From Eledone cirrhosa (taxonomy: Eukaryota): 64,000 nt of DNA. Location: the NCBI GenBank assembly GCA_964016885.1, contig OZ024743.1, positions 54,374,001 to 54,438,000 on the forward strand. Direction: 5' to 3'. Below are positions 48,400 through 61,189 of this stretch, in pieces (the stretch's first letter is position 1; every line of letters begins with the position of its first letter). Under the pieces are notes generated by a model, which was not told the DNA's origin, did no database searches, and saw nothing but the letters and a program-made list of their open reading frames with translations. The position numbers and the translations under genes are program-made.

Positions 48400-49150
48400 A
48401 CCCGTCAGTATTTGGAGTGTATTTTGAAGCTACTTGCATGATACTTGTACGGTATTTGAGTAATACTACGACAGTTTTTGGTCAGTATTTGAGCGATACT
48501 AGAAGTTTTTGGCTGATATGTAAGCGATATTGGGACGGTATGTAGTTGATATTTGAGTGATACTAGGTTGGTTCTTGGTCGATATTTGAGCGATGTTTGA
48601 ACGGTAATTAGATGATATTTGAACGCTACTGTAATAGTTTTGGGGCGGTATTTAAACGGTCTTTAGTTGATATTTGAGTGAGATTGAAATGGTTATTGTT
48701 TGATAGTTGAGCGATGTTCGGACGATTTTTATCGATATTTGTTCGATGTTGGAACGGTAATTGATCGATGCTTGAACAATAATAGGGCGGTTTTTAGTCA
48801 ATATTTGAAAGATATTGAGGCGGTCTTTGGGTGATAACTGAGCCATACTAAGGTGATCTTCGAAAAATAGTTGGGCTTTACTGGGATAGTATTTGGACAA
48901 TTCTAGTACAATAGTTGAACAATACTTGGAAGATGCTTGGACTATATTTGACAGATATTATGCTGGTACTCTAGCAATATTTGACTGGCAATTAAACAAT
49001 AATTAGATAATATTGAGATATGTAAGTGATTTTGGGCCGATATTCATGCAATATAGGAATAATATTTGACAATAGTAAGTCGATATTTTGACTATATATG
49101 GATGATATATTGGTAATACTTTGACTATATATAGACGATATTTGGACACA
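48400..49150 (+). repeat. Highly degenerate 11-bp (33-bp higher-order) tandem array
   Basis: In-phase units such as GATATTTGAGC GATGTTTGAAC GGTAATTAGAT, with consensus approximately GATATTTGAGC-GATATTGGAAC-GGTTTTTGGTC. Confidence 0.75.
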
Positions 49151-49189
49151 ATAGGTGGCTTTTAGAGCAACACACATTTCAGTGAGGCA

Positions 49190-50030
49190 CTGTGTTATGC
49201 TAACAGGTTTGTCAAGAAAGCAAAATAAATTTTGAGACGGAAAAATTACGACATATCATATGTGAGAACCAATGTATATTTAACGATTAAAACAAGGATT
49301 ACACAAATGTGGGAGGACTAATACGTGAAGTACGATGTATCTTTAACGATTATAAGAGTGAGAATAAAACTAGCCTGAATGAATCGATTAGGATGGCTAA
49401 ATATATTGCCCCTCCTCTCCTTACTAAGCTAAAGAAACAATCAACTCCTTATCTAAAGACTAATACGGAAGCTAGGCTGCATACTTAACAAACCAAAGCT
49501 TGTGAATAATGCCAGTCTAACGGAATAATCAAAATCAACACATATCTCGTTGTGTGAGCCATAATATGGGAGCCAGTCCGTGTATTTAACGATTAAAATG
49601 TGAGAATAAAGACTGTCTAAGAGAATGGTCTATAATGAACAAGGATATGGCCTTTCTTTACAGAGCTAGAAAAAAAGAGTAACACAAATCCTGCTGTGTG
49701 GGGCATGATACGACGAATAATTAATACGATATATATTTAGCGATTAAAAGATAGAGAATAAAGAAAGCCCATCTGAGAGAATGGCCTCTGCAATGGCTAA
49801 GGATATTGCCTTCACTCAACTAACCTAAAAGCAAAGAAAACAAAACGGTGATAACACATAACTCTGTGTGTAAGGCGTAATACGTGAAGTACGCTGTGTA
49901 TTTAACGATTAAAAAGGTGGAAAATAAATCCAAGATATACGGTTTGGTATGCTAAAAGGTTTGTTGAGAAAGAGAAAGAAATTCTCAGACTGTAAAATTA
50001 CGACATGTTCTGTGTGAAAATCTGATATAG
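49190..50030 (+). repeat. Degenerate long-unit tandem array
   Basis: TATTTAACGATTAAAA-like motif recurs near 49276, 49340, 49583, 49734 and 49899. 49195-49268 is repeated at 49948-50020. Confidence 0.7.
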
Positions 50031-50220
50031 GAATTTGATGGAAGCTGATACGAATCAATTACTGGAAGACAATTCTAAAATCTACATAATGTAAAGGTCA
50101 CACTATCATTGTTTTCCTTCCATTCACTTACCTTTCCAAATGAAACCAAATAGCATATAGTATCTGCATCTGCACATCTGTAATTATATATATATATATG
50201 TTTATATATGCATATATATA

Positions 50221-50318
<98 letters not shown>

Positions 50319-50396
50319 TGTGTGACGTCGTTTTGTGTATGCTTAGGCGCATACAGTTTCGCAGACACGCACACACTCATAGAGAACATCGTATAT

Positions 50397-50438
<42 letters not shown>

Positions 50439-50480
50439 TATATATATACATATATGTATGTACGTATACATACTTATATT

Positions 50481-50580
<100 letters not shown>

Positions 50581-51117
50581 CATATATACATATATACATA
50601 TATGTATATATATATATATATATGCATATATACATATATACATATATGTATTGATATACGAACATACATTCATCTAAGTGTGCATGTATGTATATATGTA
50701 TGCATGTATGCATGTATGCATGTATGTATATATGTATATATGTATCTATGTATGCATCCAACCACATATGTATGTATGCATTCATGCATATATATATGTG
50801 TGTGTGTGTATGAATGTATGTATATATTTTAATCCACTATAAAACGTAAAACTTAACTAAAAGAAACTTGACGCAGATAGAGACAGACAATCATTTTGCT
50901 GCCATCACAAGTGTCAACTCCTATTTAGAACAGAAATAAATAAATAAACAAATAATTCCATAAAACTAACAGAAAATAAATAAAATACAGAAGGGGAAAT
51001 AAAATAACAAAAACAACATAAACATATAGAACAAGAAAATGTCGTCCTATCCATATGGAAACAAAAATTCACGTTCAAAACAACCACCACCGTCACTCCT
51101 TACATGTGACGTAAAAA

Positions 51118-53330
51118 AATTCTTTATTGTCTACTAGGGCGCAAACAGACAGGACAATACAAATGAATATAGACATGGTTTAATAATGTTATCTGATTTA
51201 GGCAAAAGGCCAACAATTTTCGGTGGGTAGGAGGCGATTAAATCTATCCCAGAGCGTTACTGGTGCTTTGTTTTATCGACTACGTAAGGATGAAAGGAAA
51301 AATTAACCTCGGAGAGATTTGGACTTAGAACGTAAAGAATGTCATCTTTTACGGGTATATATTCAGAACATGGCCCGCTCATTTGAGCCACGCTCGCCTT
51401 TTTCATCGACCTTTCAACAAACTGGCTGGAAAATAGCCCAACCCTCCTCACCAGGATTATCCTCTTCAAATAAAATTAATCAGAGATTCGTTGAAAAGAA
51501 ATGTGCTTGTCCTCACCCCTTTCAAATGCGTCCACCACATGACCTCTTTCACCATGGCCACCAGGCAAATAAAAGCAACCTGCCCTTCCTGGGTAAAAGA
51601 AGGCGGCAGGGTGATTTTCACGATGGAATCAGCTGATAATCAATGAGATCAGAATTTTCGAGGCACGAGCATTCGCAACCATTCGTACACATTACAGCAG
51701 GTGTTTGACATAAATCTACAAGTCATGAATGCTTTGACTCCAGACGTGTGCGGGCAGGACACATTCGGCGCCCTGTGCGCATCTCGGATTGGCTTCCATG
51801 GGTGTAGAGTTTATACCGAACTGACAATGCTACTCAGAAGCATTGCCAGGTCAGGGATTTCTAAAAGTTATCTATGGATCATGGACGGAAATTCGCCCAT
51901 AACAAAGTGACTAGTTGGTTTTCGGTGACGCTCAGAGTGTCCCAAAGTATATTATTTTGCCCGCTATTAACACTATATACTGCCATGTACAATTCCAACG
52001 ATCGTACTGTTCGATCGACAGAGGGCTGTTAGCGCTTGAAGATATTCTAGTTTTCAAGACCCCACCCTCGGTTTTCACTTGATCTAAGCCATCAGTTCCG
52101 TCAAGGTGAGATCTGGTCAAAAATATCTCTAACGCACGGCGACCCCATCTGTTCATCGCCAAGTAAAAGCTGGAGATATCGTAGCCTCAGTGCATATCTG
52201 CACTTCATCAGCCACGGCATGCGCAGTCCCCCACACAGTGGGTGTTACAGCAGATGTCACATCTGACCATCGGAAAGCGTCTCTTCCAAATGAAGGGGAA
52301 AGAGTAAACACTCCAGTGAAGTCACACGAGGCCCAGGACTAGTCACGATCACGGATGCGATTTACACGTTCGCCACCTTTGCGCGACCTTTCAAGAATAG
52401 TTTCCTCTTGGCTCATTTGTGCGAGAGAGTGGCCACCTACTCATTAATTCATCCCATATTTTATCCATATGTAGGTCTAGACCAATACAGCCACCAATCA
52501 ACTTAATCGATCTCTCCAACAAGCGCTCGATGATGCAGGTGCCGAACAGCGGGCCCTCAGACTTTTCCTAGTCAAATTTTGCTCATGTTAACGCTTCTCC
52601 TAGAATAGTACTGATCACCTCCATGTGTTGGTGCTCGACATCAATTCAGGGATATCATCGACATATATTGACACAGCTCTTCAACATCTTACTTTGCGTG
52701 GAATGCCCACCAACGTCTCCAATTTTGACTGTAGTGAATTGATAGTCAATATCTACAGTAGGATCAAGATGGGACATTTGGCGGACCGAGTGTATGATGT
52801 TGAACGGTTCCGAGAGACAAATCCAGTCAGTACCTATCAAACAGTTGGAAACGTCTGAGCAGATTTGTGAGGCTTCTTTTACACCCTTCTTCCTCTTGTT
52901 TCTAGCCCCACTTAGACCCTGCATGCATCTAAGATACCGTGTCAGTTGCCCACTACAGGTCTTCTGGCACCCGAAAAAAATGAAGCCGTACTGTCCCAAA
53001 CGGGGCATAGACGACCACTAGCTTCAAAGTACGTCATTCGATGATGGTCCTGTCCACCACTACCAAATTACCATTTGGGTCCAGGAAGGTGGTTCGTATC
53101 GGGAGATCCAATTCTTCCCGAAACAACACAGCGTTTCAGCCTCCAGATCTGGACGGCTTGGAGATGTGCACACCTCGTAGCCACCGAAAATGGGTGCGAA
53201 TGCTCGTGCCTTGAAAATTCTGATCTCATTGTTTATTAACACATCTCTGTTCAGTGACCCCAGGCCTTGTGTATTTAGGCTCCCTATCCTGAGCAAGGCC
53301 ATATTTGAAGAAGGGGAAGCAAATGTGAGA
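51118..53330 (-). mobile_element. Old, internally deleted copy of a related Tx1-like LINE, interrupted by a SINE
   Basis: ORF2 start MALLRIGSLNTQG at 53302 parallels MANLRVGSVNVRG. KGRAKVANV near 52370 matches GRAKVANTF of the 20-25 kb copy. The 3' end GCGCCCTAGTAGACAATAAAGA resembles GCGCCCTTGTGGCAAATAAAGA. Confidence 0.75.
51182..51400 (-). mobile_element. SINE family 1, diverged, nested in the Tx1 relic
   Basis: TTTTATCGAC...AAGGATGAAAGG is the reversed central domain. Confidence 0.65.
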
Positions 53331-53641
53331 AGGATCCCCGACCTTATTCGTGTGGAGGAAGGAAGTTTGATCTGTCTCTACAGCCAATTGTGGGCACTTC
53401 CATAAAAATATCACTATAAATTCTTTTGAAGATTAACCTTCGAAAGTCTCCGATTGCATGGAGATTATTCCACTTTTAAGTTTGTATATGTGGTGCGATT
53501 TGTTGGAGGTAATAGAAATAATAATGGTGAAGATGATACTGATGATGATGTCACTGATGACAACGATGATTATAATGATGAATATGACACTGACGATGAT
53601 AATAATGGTGATGATGATGGTGATGATAATTAATAATAATA

Positions 53642-53850
53642 ATAATGGTTTCTGATTTAGGTACAATTTTAGGGGAGGGGAAAGTTGATTAAATCGACTC
53701 CAGTGCATGACAGGTACTTTATTTTAATGACCCTGTAAAGAGGAACGAGAAAGCTAACAAACGGTGGGATTTGAACTCCGAATGTAAAGCGCTGTAACTA
53801 TATGCCGCAAAGCATAATGTCCGACGCTCTGCCGATGCTGCCGTTCCACT
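53642..53850 (-). mobile_element. SINE family 1, diverged
   Basis: Reverse complement of the consensus with an (AAT)n tail. Confidence 0.75.
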
Positions 53851-54114
53851 AATAAAGCTAATCATTTCAATGTTCTCTCCTAGGTTTTCGTTTTGCTTTC
53901 TTTGTCCCTTTTTTTCTGATTCGTAATTTTTTTCTTTCGACGCCACATCTAAGTATTCGAATCGTTTAAAGGTCACTTTTCCTTCAATTCTATGTAACTG
54001 TCCAATGTAATTTATAAACTTGTATGTCTTCTATCTAACGACTTTCCTTCCATGCCATCTAGATCAGATTTGTTTTGTTAAGAAACCTTTATAGACACCA
54101 CCCTACACACACAC

Positions 54115-54148
<34 letters not shown>

Positions 54149-54473
54149 GTTTTCATCGGAGATGAAACGGTAAAAGTTATAAATAAAGGCACGTACTTGC
54201 ATATACATGCATACATACATATATACTTACATACAAGGATACAGCTACGTACATACACAAACATATACACGGACTCAAAACACATATAAACACGCATACA
54301 CGACCACTTTCATATAATTAAGTATGTGTGTGTATGTTGGTGTACGCGTATGGACTCAAACACACTGACGTATACATACGTACTTACATACATATACATA
54401 CGTACATTAACATACATACATACATACATATTAACATACATACATACATACATACATATATACATACATACAT

Positions 54474-55380
54474 ACAAGAACAGGAGATTAGCACGAAATA
54501 CCTGATTCACAAAAGAGATCGGGATGCAGGCAAAACACCTAGATGTGATAACAAGTGCAGACTCTGCAGAACTAACATCGAGGATATCACCCATGTCATC
54601 ACCAGCTGTCCAAAGATGTCATCGCGGTACTATTTACCTATGAGGCATGATGTAGTGGCCAAAACACTGTACAACGTAGTTCGTAAAAAAGATAGCCCCG
54701 ATAATAAACACATTAAAAGCTACAACAATGTGGAAGACATCCATGTACATAATATGAAAGAGTACTGGTGGAATGTTCCAGTAAAGAACCCAATAAAATG
54801 CAGGCATAACAGACCAGATATTATGATATGGGACAGGGAGAAGAAAACATGCACAGTAGTGGAAATTAGCTGCCCAGCAGATGCCAATATAATATCAAAG
54901 ATTAGTGAAAAGGAGAATATTTATGCAGAACTGATGAGAAATCTGCAGATACTCCACCCTGATTACACCTTCAGATTTATGCCTGTGATTATTGGGGCAC
55001 TGGGATATGTTAGTGACTGCTTCAATACAAATCTTGAGAAACTAGGCTTCACAGGAACAGAAAGAACACAACTAGTTAGGAAACTACAAGTACAATCCAT
55101 TAATGGAACAGTAAAAATATGTAAAACATTCCAAAAATGTTGCATCTAATAACTGCATATACACATGTACAGATACAAAGCATATACACATGCACACATA
55201 TAACTCAAAACATCCACATCCACACATACAATAACATCCATATCTACACATGCATGCATACATACATATCTACCTAGTTGATGTTGTGTAAATTCCAATG
55301 AGAGAGTCTTGTGTCTATGTTAGAAACCGACTCTCTCTCTCTATTGGTAAAACTTTGTGAAATTATAAAACCAGAAGAAC
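54474..55380 (+). mobile_element. 5'-truncated R4/Dong-like LINE with CCHC zinc finger and restriction-like endonuclease, in a (CATA)n microsatellite
   Basis: QEQEIST...CRLC..NIEDITHVITSC...RHD...HNRPDIMIWD...VVEISCP...EKENIY...PVIIGALG is an intact RLE C-terminus. Flanked by (CATA)n on both sides. Confidence 0.88.
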
Positions 55381-55499
55381 ATACATACATACATACATAC
55401 ATACATACATACATACATACATACATACATACATACATACATACATACATACATACATACATACATACATACATACATACATACATACATACATACATA

Positions 55500-56026
55500 C
55501 ACAGTAGTGGAAATTAGCTGCCCAGCAGATGCCAATATAATATCAAAGATTAATGAGAAGGAGAATATTTATGCAGAACTGATGAGAAATCTGCAGATAC
55601 TCCACCCTGATTACACCTTCAGATTTATGCCTGTGATTATTGGAGCACTGGGGTATGTTAGTAACTGCTTCAATACAAATCTTGAGAAGCTAGGTTTCAC
55701 AGGAACAGAAAGAACACAACTAGTTAGGAAATTACAAGTACAATCCATTAATGGAACAGTAAAAATATGTAAAACATTCCAAAAATGTTGCATCTAATAA
55801 CTGCATATACACATGTACAGATGCAAAGCATATACACATGCACACATAGAACTCAAAACATACACATCCACACATACAATAACATCTATATCTACACATG
55901 CATGCATACATACATATCTACCTAGTTGAGGTTGTGTAAATTCCAATGAGAGAGTCTTGTGTCTATGTTAGAAACCGACTCTCTCTCTATTGGTAAAACT
56001 TTGTGAAATTATAAAACCAGAAGAAC
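55500..56026 (+). mobile_element. Second, shorter tandem copy of the same R4/Dong-like LINE
   Basis: Near-identical to about 54853-55380, with a few substitutions. Same 3' end AAAACCAGAAGAAC followed by (ATAC)n. Confidence 0.9.
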
Positions 56027-56368
56027 ATACATACATACATACGTACATACATACATACAAGAGATGACAATTTCTTTTCTTTTATAACCTTGCCACCAGG
56101 GAGGTGGCCGGTCTAAGACTCGAAATTAAGAGAAAGATAACACAATACATATAATTGCATATATTTGTCTATATATCAGTATATACACATATGTATCATA
56201 TACGTATGCATACAAAGCGTCAGTATGTACATACACACACACTTTTTAATGTGCTACTGTACACATGTTAAATTTACACATTGGATTTTATTGGAAGAGG
56301 CACTAATTCATAATTTTAAAATCCAATCCACTTCGTATTACTTTCTGTTGCAGTTTTTCCTTTTGTCA

Positions 56369-56406
<38 letters not shown>

Positions 56407-56420
56407 ATCACACACACACA

Positions 56421-56454
<34 letters not shown>

Positions 56455-56456
56455 GA

Positions 56457-56658
56457 GGGCGGTGAATTGGCAGTATCAGTAGATAGTCGGACACCATCCT
56501 TTGCAGCATAGAGTTACGGCCCTTTATGATCTGAGTTCAAATCCCGCCGAGGTTAACTTTGCCTTTCATCTTTACAGGGTCGATAAAATAAAGTACCAGT
56601 AATGTACTGGGTAATTGCTGGCCTTGTACCAAAAGTAGAAACAATTATTATTATTATT
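56457..56658 (+). mobile_element. SINE family 1 within (ATT)n
   Basis: Same consensus, with ATT repeats on both sides. Confidence 0.85.
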
Positions 56659-56716
56659 AAGTACTATATGTGTGTATGTGGAACAATGAAGCCTGTCTTG
56701 TGTTCATTGTTCTATG

Positions 56717-56781
<65 letters not shown>

Positions 56782-56838
56782 GTATGTGGTTGAAGGCTGA
56801 GCGAACGGATTACTCAATACCGGAGTAGAGTTTTAATG

Positions 56839-56994
56839 TTCATTTTATTAAGATTAAATAGGGAATCTTGTTACACTGGAGGTTCGCCTGTTTATCACTA
56901 GATCATCATATGAGTGTTTTTATGTGATGACCCTGCGATAATCATGCGAAACTCCAAAGTTATAAGACCCACTATTTAACCTGAATAAAATGAA
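56839..56994. repeat. Diverged palindrome with hammerhead-like right arm
   Basis: The arms of about 70 bp pair imperfectly. The right arm reads UUUUAU-GUGAUGA...GAAACU-CCAA-AGUU-AUAAGA. Confidence 0.65.
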
Positions 56995-57004
56995 TGTATG
57001 TATG

Positions 57005-57063
<59 letters not shown>

Positions 57064-57072
57064 CGAAGGAAA

Positions 57073-57250
57073 TGTGGTAAGGAACTAGGTGGACCATAAC
57101 ACACCAAAGTACTCAATACTTAGGGTAGTAGAGTGGGTAATAGGAGCGAGTAGGACCCCGACGTCTGAGCTCAAGCCGTTTCGACGGCTAATTCAGTCCA
57201 GAATTAGCCGTCGAAACGGCTTGAGCTCAGTCGTCGGGGTCCTACTCGTT

Positions 57251-57255
<5 letters not shown>
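57073..57255 (+). mobile_element. Short hairpin element (family also at 4152-4307 and 34190-34327)
   Basis: Shared 5' part GGTAAG..AGGTGG.CCATAAC...TACT.GATACTTAGGGTAGTA.AGT.GG.AATAGGA, then a terminal hairpin ending TCCTAT next to (TA)n. Confidence 0.8.
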
Positions 57256-57297
<42 letters not shown>

Positions 57298-57301
<4 letters not shown>

Positions 57302-60300
57302 GTGTTAAACGATATTCAATGATTATGTCAAAGAATGAGTTTTACAGTAGAACTTAGGAAAAATTACAAAAAAGCCTTGGCTGAGGATCTCACTGAAATT
57401 AATGATGAAGCCTATAAATTAATTACCAATTGAGGAATACAAGGAAGAACTGAGCCATTCTTACCTAGACAGCCGAGGATTAACCTGAAGGATCATAAAA
57501 GAAACTTTAAGGCAGAGATGCCAGTTAGACTGATTGCTCCATCGAAATCGGATATAGGAGTAATTAGTAAAAACATCATAGATAGAATATTACCCACTCT
57601 TAAAATGAGATCTAGTTTGAGCTTATGGAAAGATACAAACGAGGTCATTGAATGGTTCACGAATATTGAAGATAAGAAAAACTCTAAATTCATCCAGATG
57701 GATATTACTAGCTACTATTCTTCTATAACACCTACACTTCTAAATAAGGCCCTCTCATATGTTTATAAACATACTGATCTAACCTCAGATTAAATAGATA
57801 TAATTTTAACAGCCAGAAGAACTCTCATTAACTTCAATAACGAATTTTGGACACCTTCAGATAGAGATAGAAACTTTGATATCACTATGGGGGCATCTGA
57901 TTCCGCGCAAATCACAGATCTTCTCGGAATTTTCATATTAAACATGATAAATAGAAAACTGCCGGAGATTGCCGGTGGTTTATATAGGGACGACATTTTA
58001 TTTACGGTGGTCAAACACAACAATATAGAACTAAATAGACTTAAGAAAAGTACAATAGATTTCTTTAAAACATACGACCTTAAATTAGAAGTAGAAAATG
58101 GTACCAAAATAGTTAATTTCCTTGACGTTACCTTTAACTTAAACACCGTCTTCTATTACCCTTTTCATAAGCCTAATGAAAACTTAAATTATGTTAGTAA
58201 CTATTCAAATCACCCTAGATCTGTAAAAAAAGCTATAGTAAATAGTGTGCAAAAACGTATTAATAAAATATCAGCTAATAAAGATATATTTGATAAAAAC
58301 GCTGAATACTACATCAACGCGTTAAAAAGAGCAGGATATATGAATAATATAGAATATGTAGATAATAATAATAATCCAAGTATTATTACTAATAATAATA
58401 ATAAAAATAATAACATATATAAGAGAAACTCTAATAATTATAATTCAAACACCCATACGCTAAATAAATCGAGAATACGAACTAGATCTAAACCAGTCAT
58501 ATGGTTTGCACCCCCTGCTTCGGTCGCAGTTAAAACACCAATTACAAAATTATTCTTTAAAGCGCTTGACACCTCTTTCCCTTTTTAATAGACATACCAT
58601 TAAATTCTCAAATTCTACAACCAGTAATATGGCCCAAAACATTGCCAAATTAACCGCCTAAATCCTAAAACCAAACCTGATTAATGATCATAATAATAGA
58701 GTTAACACAAATGATACTAAACCAAAATGTAATTGTAGAAATAAAACTAATTGCCCTTTGCAAAATAATTGTTTAGATAGTAATGTTTATAAATGCACCG
58801 TAAAAACTGATCACAAAACATACAACTACATAGGTTCGACCTCGTCCACATTCAAAGCCCGTTTTGCGAACCATAAAAGCTCATTTTCGAACTCTAAGAG
58901 GAAATCATCCACATCTTTATCACAGCTCATATGGTCATTAAAAGAGAAGAATTTAAAATACTCCATTCTTTGGACAAAACTTCGGAACTGTGGAACTTAC
59001 CGCAACTCTAGTATATCAAATAACTGCCCGCTCTGTACAATGGAGACTCTGTTGATTATTAATAACTATGTGACCCTAATTATCAAAAAAAGTGAATTAT
59101 TCTCTAGTTGCCTCCATAAAGCTACGTCCACTTTTTTAGCCTCACATAAAACGAGAAAAAAAAGACGCAATAACACCAAACCAATAATAACTCGGTTACC
59201 AAGAATATATAATCAAGGGGGAAAAACATTAATGGCCTTTAATATTGCTTTATTTTATAGATATATATATAGAAGAAACAAAGCTCGAATGAATGACACT
59301 TGTTCAATAATTGCCGGAACATTGACACACATAACAATATTTTGTTAACTTTGATCAATACCATCATTTCTTTATTGCTGTATCTATCTTCCTATCTATG
59401 CTTACAATTTAGTATAATACCTAATCCTTACATATTCACGGAATTTATCTATAACTGTGAATTTTTAATACATTTTTGATCTATTTTAAATTTTAAATTT
59501 TAGTTTAATACCTAATCCACAAATTTTTATGAAACTTATCTATAACTGTGAATTTTTAATGAGTTTTTGATCTCTTATTTATAGTATAATATAATATAGT
59601 ATATGCATATATTTCTTTTAAATATATTTACTGCACTTTAAAATCTAAAATTTAGGACAGATTCAAACTTATATATAAATGTGAATTTTTGCTGCGCTTT
59701 TGATCTCTTATTTATAATATAATGTATTATAATATGTATGTAGTTATATATTATATTTTTATATATTCTTAAATATTTTAAAATATACCTACCACATTTC
59801 TATATATATGATTTAAATATAGAGACTAAAAATTATTATAGACATTATTTGAACTCTGAATTATCCATGAACTCATTATTGTTTCTCTTATATATATATG
59901 TGTGTATTTAAATGTAACACGTTGAACTCTACTTTATAAAATTATAACTGTTATCATTTACCTAAAGTATACTACACTACTAATACCTAATAAATATATA
60001 TATACCTCCCTATATCTAATAATATGTTGATATCTCGTTTGAAGAATAATTAGTACATTTACACCCAATTATACATAGGTGTATATTTATCCTTAACATG
60101 CTTCATTCTATTATCTTATTTTATTTTTATCTTCGTCGTTATTATTTACATTAAACATACTGGCTCATTAATATATACCTATATACATAATAGTTATTTA
60201 AATATTTATAACGATAAGTACTTCAAAAGCTTTACATACCTAATATGTTGATGTTTTTGTTAAAGTTTAAATTTAGGTAAATAATCAACAGTATAATATT

Positions 60301-60898
60301 TCATCCTTTATGTGCCAGCTAAATTCTTTAAATGTTACCCTCATAAAATTCAGAAGTTTAAAAATGATAACACACTTATAGAATTTATAAAAATAATATA
60401 TAAATAACCAGCAAATAATCCTGAAATCTGGAGTCTTCACCCTAATATTATAAATTAAATATTTTCAAATTTAACCGTTTAACTTTCGGAAAAAATCTCC
60501 TTCTACATACCCCCCCCCCCTTATCTTTCCCTCTTAAAAAATCCTTTTCCAGTGGCTATCACTGGCTGTTATGATTCATGAGACGTTTTCCTAGATATAT
60601 CGTAGTATCATACATTTTAAAAACTTTTAGAACAGTTACAATAAGCAACGTTTCGTCTTACGCACACATTCTCTAATGAATTTATTACGTTTTCGCATTT
60701 TCTCATAAGGCTATATAAGTAAAATTTTCTCTCGGGTTAATCACTACCTCGATTAAATCTTAACCATTTAACATCTCTGGTTATGTCATGTATCATTATA
60801 TTTTGTCTGATAAGGACGTACTGTTGTACATCCGAAATATGTATAATAAAATGTAATTGATCAAAAGAACATCTATTTTATTAATATTTATATTTTAA
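57298..60898 (+). mobile_element. Penelope-like element (RT + GIY-YIG endonuclease, degenerate) with long AT-rich 3' region ending in a hammerhead motif
   Basis: PVRLIAPSKS, QMDITSYY, MGASDSAQITDL, LYRDD, NFLDVT, SNHP, NVYKC...YIGST..FKARFANH and KKSELFSSCLH. Several stops and frameshifts. Flanked by (TA)n at both ends. Confidence 0.9.
60800..60850 (+). ncRNA. Degenerate hammerhead at the Penelope 3' end
   Basis: CUGAUAA-GGACGUAC(UGUU)GUACAUCC-GAAA-UAUG-UA. Relatives at 17800-17857 (UUGAUGA...GAAAUAUGUA) and 11915-11970 (CUGAUGA) give an intact consensus. Confidence 0.6.
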
Positions 60899-61189
60899 TA
60901 TATATATATATATATATATATGGTTTAATGATATATGGTCTGAGAGAGTCAGCAGAGACGCAATCATTAAGAAGCAACAGGAATTTATCCAGCCTAAACT
61001 TTCACAAGGCTAACTAGAAAAAGATCAAGAAAGAGATCGGGAAGCAAAACTGGAGCGACATCACCACACAAGACACCAACACATATTTTCAACATTTCAT
61101 GACAACAATACAAACTATATGCCATAAATTTGGTTTATAATTTTAGTAAAAAGCCAACGGACAGAAAAATCTTATTTTCAAAGACAGGA

